Below, one piece after another: positions 8,958 to 14,052 of a DNA stretch of 14,052 bases; position 1 is the first letter of the stretch, and each line of letters opens with the position of its first letter. The notes below the pieces were generated by a model. The model worked only from the letters and a program-made list of their open reading frames with translations. It was not told the origin of the DNA and did not search any database. The DNA is from Oopsacas minuta (Eukaryota; Animalia; Porifera): assembly GCA_024704765.1 (NCBI GenBank), contig JAKMXF010000143.1, positions 1 through 14,052 of the forward strand. The letters run 5' to 3'. The position numbers were made by a program, and so were the translations under genes.

Positions 8958-9761
8958 TTTTGTGAAGTGTATGTGTTATTATTGTAATTGTATGTATTTA
9001 CATTTATTATGTATGTTGATTTGGTTATTGTCCTATATCCATTAGTTTCAATGAACTTAAAATAGAATTTCAAAATCTTAGTTTAACACCAGCGAGGGAT
9101 TATTACTAAAAATAGAGATAATATTTTTGTTAGATATTTAAGACAACAGAATTCTCGAATATCAGCTAATTACGCATCCCTGGTACTTTGACTGTTAGGC
9201 TTTATATTTAGTAGGCTATGTACTAATTAATATTTCCAATGTTTATATTTTACAGGTGGCTACTTACACAAATAGAACGATGGCTAAGTTCCTAAAAATT
9301 GCCACAAACTATATGAATGAGATTTGTGATGTTCGTTCCCAGATTCCAGTATGACGCTAGATATAGATGACTAAATACTAGATTTAGGTAATAGAGAAGC
9401 CAAAATAGCACATGTATTAGTTATATGTCAATCAGTAAATGTAAGCGATAAATAAAGGAATCTTGTATCAATGAATTTTAGAAGTCAATGCTATCTCGCT
9501 AAATTTATTGCATTGGAATTCAAGAACAATTGGAACAGTTGGCTAGTCTGGCATATACTTACTTCTAATGGCTAACTGTAAAAGATTTTCCTATATCTGC
9601 TGTTCTGTATAGACGTACATGGATTTAGAAGATTTGTACATGAATTTTAGTTGAGACACTTACTGATTATGAATATTTTGTGGATGTACACTGTTCTGGC
9701 CAGTGTAAAGGGGAAATAAGAGCTAAATACAGCGATATGACACAAATATATTTGAACTTTA

Positions 9762-9874
9762 CACGAGTGTTATCTTAGCAGCCGATTCAGATCCCCACTA
9801 AAACCCCTTTTTCTCAAAAAGTATGGGTTCTATTTTGAAAAGAACCATACCAGTGTCAAGAAGAAAGTTGGTAC
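9762..9874 (+). repeat. Dispersed repeat, copy 1 (probable MITE segment)
   Basis: 109/113 identical to 13940-14052, same orientation. Confidence 0.92.
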
Positions 9875-10323
9875 ATTTCATATCATCACTCATAATCGCC
9901 AAATTTTACATGATGAGTAAGCAATTTTTGCATTACATTTGGTCTCGGTTTTTATTAATATCTCCTGAAATAATTTGATAATAACTTATCATTTTAATCA
10001 TATTTACATCTTACTTGCTACATTGTGCACATCCAATTTGAAATTAAAATGATTATTTTTGAAAAAGTTATGAACGCCCGAACTTTACATAGGAATTACA
10101 TAGACGACCAGTTTGTATTATCAATAATGAAGTATGTATGACATTACAGTGTACGTAAATTTTGATAAGGATTTAGTATCATTTTCAATTCTATAGTTCC
10201 AATTCTATTGTGATTTCTAGATATTAATTAGAAGATATTTGAAATATAATAAATAACACAACACCATTGTAATGACAGTTATCATACATTATACAAAACA
10301 TTACTTTTTGAATAGAAAAGAGT

Positions 10324-10331
10324 NNNNNNNN
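10324..10331. other. Assembly gap (8 N)
   Basis: Run of N. Contiguity and distance across it are uncertain. Confidence 0.99.
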
Positions 10332-10398
<67 letters not shown>

Positions 10399-10430
10399 AC
10401 TACTACTACTACTACTACTACTAATAATAA
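10332..10430. repeat. (CTA)n microsatellite of about 30 units with a short (ATA)n tail
   Basis: Seen directly; one 1-nt interruption near 10399. True length is unknown because it abuts the gap. Confidence 0.97.
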
Positions 10431-10508
10431 TGTACTATGTACATATTAAAGTTTCAAATTCCGATTGAAAATTATTATTTTTAAACCAAAAATTCTTTAT
10501 TTTCTAAT

Positions 10509-10534
10509 GTTCGGATTAGCGAGGGTCCACTGTA
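10509..10534. mobile_element. Isolated pogo/Tigger-like TIR
   Basis: Reverse complement TACAGTGGACCCTCGCTAATCCGAAC, 21/26 identical to 2990-3015. Partner end not seen; it may lie in the N gap. Confidence 0.55.
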
Positions 10535-11588
10535 ATTTCATCCTGACTAACCATGAAATGCAATTCTAGCATCACTCTGAAAAGTATGCCGAAAGTTGTG
10601 AAAATACGAAATCATTTGATAAATCATGTAGATATGCGAAGAATTTAAAATGTCAAAATTGGAATCTTCATGCTCGATTAACCCTAATTAGTAGTTGAAA
10701 CGAAATTTCTAATATCTTTTTGAAAAATATGCAAATTAGTGTGGAAATATGATTACTCTTATGATATGAGTTGTTGATAATAATTCATGTAATTAGTTAC
10801 AAGTGCATTTATTTGGATGGTGTTTCACAGAATTCATACACAAACACTTGACATAGTAACACAATATGCTTGAATACTTTTTTTTGCGTGGATAATTCTC
10901 CTAGACCAAATTGTAACTTGAAAGAACCTATAATACTTGTAAATTTATTTGATATATCTTAATCTTTACATAATGTACAGAAATCTGTACACAAATGTTT
11001 CTGTATACAAGTGTCTCTATTCGAGGGATTATTGTAAAAACATCTGAAAATTTTGATTTTGCGTCTATATGTGCTAAACTATGCGTATAATAAATTGCAC
11101 AAACTTTAAAGCCATTGACCATTCAAGTAAGATTTTGACTCCTCCCCTGTACCCGAGATATTCCTGCCAGAGCCTTGTAAATATGAGATTACGTCATAGA
11201 TACATACAATAGTTGTTGGTTTACATCATACTAGGTATATGTGCGCATATATATAGTATTCACGCATTATGGCCTGGGAATTTCAGGAATATTTGCAAAT
11301 TATGGCATTTTTCTGTATTTTTGGGGCCAACATTTTTGCCACTCAATGTATCCTAGTTTCACCAATATTAGAGGTGGCTTCATTAACTCAATGGTATTGG
11401 ATAGATCTCTGGATGTATGGAAAAGTAAGTAAAATGTTGGGCTTGATATAATATTTATATTGTAACAAAGTTTGCAAAGTTTTCTGCTAAGATGGTACAT
11501 TTGTACCGTAACATATTGATCCTATTCTAATTGATATCTAGCGGTCGGCAATTTAGGTGCCAGTCAAGCCGCTAGATATACCCTTACG

Positions 11589-11993
11589 CGCCGGCGTAAA
11601 CTTCGTCGAAACACACAGGGTGCCACAGGGTGCCACAGGGTGCTATATAAGGATGACAATGAGTCAAAACAGACTGAACCATTTGTGCATATTTTCTGGA
11701 TACAAGAACTTCGTCGATGCACTTGACCAATCACAGCTTGTCGATGAATTCGTAATGAGAAATGAGCAACGCCGGCAAGATTTGCTCTTGGGATGACAAC
11801 AGATACTAAAACTTGGAAACCCAACTTGTCTTATTTTTTGTTAAGAAATAATTTTTTCGTTCCCACTTGCTAAATTGAGTTTGTGGGGTTATTTCGGTTT
11901 GAAAATGCCAGGGTCCCAAACACCTTTGGCACTATGGCACCACAGCCGCCAGGGTTTTAGGCACCCGCTGCACACCCCAAGTTTAGGCCCCTG
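11589..11993 (+). mobile_element. 405-bp non-autonomous hAT (internal deletion derivative)
   Basis: TIRs CGCCGGCGTAAAC (11589-11601) and reverse complement CAGGGGCCTAAAC (11981-11993), 9/13. Flanks cccttacg and cccttata match at 6/8. GGGTGCC/GGCACC motifs are inverted between the two ends, and a transposase C-terminal remnant lies inside. Confidence 0.75.
11644..11796 (+). pseudogene. hAT transposase C-terminal fragment (last ~50 codons)
   Basis: YIRMTMSQNRLNHLCIF...FVDALD...VDEFVMRNEQRR matches the hAT dimerisation-domain tail (YLRSTM.Q.RLNHL.IL..H....D.LD....NEF...N..R). Confidence 0.75.
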
Positions 11994-12126
11994 CCCTTAT
12001 ACCCTAGATAATGGGGTTGTTCACCCTGAGGTTCAGTTTTCCTACTCTACAATACAACTTATGGATTTTGTTTATTTCAAAGGGTAATTATGTTCTTTAA
12101 TCATTGCAAAACTAGATACCATAGCA

Positions 12127-12360
12127 ATGGACAAATGGTTGTCAATTCAGTACAGCTGGAACCTGACATCACAATTAATCATCCTGAAACACAGCCAAGG
12201 AAGGCTACATTGGATTGGTGAACAGAAAATGACTGTGAACGAATGTACAACAATGATTGGGAAGTTCTCTATTTCGTGAGTGAACAAGATGGCAAACCTG
12301 TGTGTATATTATGCTCTGATGCTATTTGTATTTGCAAACTACAACGTGAAGGGCCATTAT
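12127..12360 (+). pseudogene. Buster/SPIN/Charlie-type hAT transposase N-terminal (BED finger) fragment
   Basis: MDKWL start, then in another frame RMYNNDWEVLYFVSEQDGKPVCILC...(F)ANYNVKGHY, like the GTF2IRD2/SPIN pattern R.F...WE..YF..E..GKPVCLIC...KEYN..RHY. Breaks off before the last His. Confidence 0.7.
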
Positions 12361-12833
12361 TTTCTCTTAACCTCAATTACTTTGTATTTTTGCACCCTCT
12401 CTTTCTAATTTTGTGCTGAACAGATAAATTGAATGTATTCTAATTCTTTTCTTCCTGATTTCAATTTAACTTCGATAATGTCATAAACTCCATTAATTGC
12501 TAGTTTATTTCTGCAGTCAATTTTCAATCATTTCCAAATCCCGTTTACTGTTAATTTATAGAAAAATGCATATATTCAATCTGTGGTTAACAACGCTTTT
12601 GTCAGTTGATTCTTTTATGATTAGAAATGTTCCCGTGAATTTTGTAACATATTGAAAAGTTCTATGTTCATTATTCAATGAGCTCTGAAACTTCCAAAAT
12701 AGCACTATGGTCGATTTGGGAACAAAACTTTCCTGGCCAGTATAGTGTACTGTACCATCCTAGATTCAATTGACAGTGCTTTTTCTACTTGTGTACATGC
12801 AACATTTATGTTGGATTTTCCGTGCTTAGCACT

Positions 12834-13334
12834 ATGATTTCTAGAGACATTTTTTCAAACAAATCTCAAGCTCATCAGATTTACTCTTCTTTCGTTCATT
12901 CTGAATTGAAAAATTGGATTATGGTATATCCTATTTATATAAACTCAAAGAAACCAATTTCTAGGGGAAGATTAATTCCACTCTCCAAATGTGTTGATAG
13001 CCCTTCTGCCAAAGAGATTGCCAACGTACTCCTGGCTAGAGGATTCCATACTTTGCTAGAAGACAAAAAGATTCATCCAAAAGAATCTTTTCGTGATGAT
13101 TTGCATCGTGGTAGAGTTAGGGTTCAGTTTTGGGATAATGATGAGAAACAACAAGTTTGTCTTTATCCTGAATTTCCAAGCCGAAAATCTCTGCTTATCT
13201 TTATAGCTGAGCAAATTTCTAAGTTGGAGAGTCGCAAAAATTTTGGTAAAGTCGCTCAACCATACAGTAAACTGACTGAAAGTAAAACCAAAATTGGTTA
13301 TGGTAAAATTAGGAAGTCGAAAAAACATGATTAG
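12834..13334 (+). CDS. SRP19: Signal recognition particle 19 kDa protein, single uninterrupted ORF of 166 aa
   Basis: YPIYINSKK..GRLIP..KCVDSPSAKEI...RGRVRVQ...FPSRKS and a Lys-rich C-terminus match SRP19 family motifs (human YPAYLNNKK..EGRRIP..AVENPTATEI..RGRVRVQ..FPSRKS). First ATG is at 12834 and the stop TAG at 13332-13334. Confidence 0.93.
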   Translation: MISRDIFSNKSQAHQIYSSFVHSELKNWIMVYPIYINSKKPISRGRLIPLSKCVDSPSAKEIANVLLARGFHTLLEDKKIHPKESFRDDLHRGRVRVQFWDNDEKQQVCLYPEFPSRKSLLIFIAEQISKLESRKNFGKVAQPYSKLTESKTKIGYGKIRKSKKHD

Positions 13335-13648
13335 ACGAAGTGATAATTTATTCTATTCCTATATGATTATCTTTCCCTATCATTGCTAATTAATTAAGGT
13401 GCTCAAATATATGTGAATATTCTCTAATTTTCAATACCAGTAGTCTACCAGGCTGACTACGCCACAATGTGTTGTCATAATATATCCATTATCATATCGA
13501 AAAATCGAATCGAACCCTCATGCTCAGAGATATAATGGTGCAGTTTTGAGCAATTTTTAGTAAATTTTTCAAAACTATATTTTGTGGAGTGGCAATAATA
13601 CTTATTTAGTAACCGGGGATTTACATACGGGAACTCAGGTAATTCCTG

Positions 13649-13677
13649 GGTGGCCGCTATCTACATGGTTCACTGTA
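13649..13677. mobile_element. Isolated pogo/Tc1-mariner-like TIR
   Basis: Reverse complement TACAGTGAACCATGTAGATAGCGGCCACC resembles TACAGTGGAACCTCT..TAGCGGCCACC-type TIRs. No partner found. Confidence 0.4.
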
Positions 13678-13939
13678 CACGCTTCGGAATTTGACGAACA
13701 GTGGATATTTGCGGAATTTGGTTAAATTGTTATATTTTTATTTCATATTTGTAGCTAGTTTGTGTAAATTCTATGGTGAGAGAAAATTATTTATGAACTT
13801 ATTAACTAATATGTTTTCGTGTCGCAAAATGTACCAAATTTCCCCTACAATATTCACCATCCATCTTGAGCAATATCTAATCCCATCTTTCTATGATATA
13901 AGATAAGGTTTTTAAACTCAGTGTTAACTAATCTTTGCC

Positions 13940-14052
13940 CACGAGTGTTATCTTAGCAGCCGATTCAAATCCCCACTAAAACACCTTTTTCTCAAAAAGT
14001 ATAGGTTCTATTTTGAAAAGAACCATATCAGTGTCAAGAAGAAAGTTGGTAC
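13940..14052 (+). repeat. Dispersed repeat, copy 2 (runs off the window end)
   Basis: 109/113 identical to 9762-9874. Confidence 0.92.

Noticed and set aside
9780-9800. tRNA or tRNA-derived SINE (GATTCA(G/A)ATCCC resembles a T-loop), also near 13958-13978
   Set aside because: No T-stem pairing, no cloverleaf and no A box.
12740-12752. 13-bp match gtatagtgtactg to 3006-3018
   Set aside because: Too short, and the rest of the TIR is missing, so it could be chance.
12789-12833. ORF-track N-terminal extensions of SRP19 (from 12789) and SepSecS (from 1514)
   Set aside because: They begin at non-ATG codons; the eukaryotic ATGs at 12834 and 1499 are preferred.
13056-13328. Minus-strand 90-aa ORF
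   Set aside because: Antisense to SRP19 with no recognisable domain.

Overview
AT-rich eukaryotic, most likely animal, genomic DNA. The gene and transposon mix is compatible with a non-bilaterian such as a sponge, but that is only an impression. Two host genes are recognisable: an N-terminal coding exon of SepSecS (- strand, 1283-1499; the rest is not found in the window) and an uninterrupted SRP19 ORF (+ strand, 12834-13334). Most of the DNA between them is DNA-transposon debris. It includes a 2.8-kb full-length but frameshifted ZMYM1-like hAT (3692-6511), a three-layer nest of hAT ends and MITEs (6989-7453), and a 5'-truncated P-element/THAP9-like transposase pseudogene that starts exactly at that nest's terminus (7454-8957). 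It also includes a 405-bp hAT deletion derivative (11589-11993), a Buster/SPIN-type N-terminal fragment (12127-12360), pogo/Tigger-like TIRs, a 113-bp dispersed repeat pair and a (CTA)n tract next to an N gap. The most unusual observations are a foldback palindrome flanked by perfect 33-bp direct repeats (131-325) and a pyrimidine-rich YAG acceptor 1-4 nt before the ATG of three unrelated genes, which could reflect SL trans-splicing. I found no convincing new multi-gene system, CRISPR array, tRNA or rRNA. All identifications come from motif recognition by eye; no database search was run.
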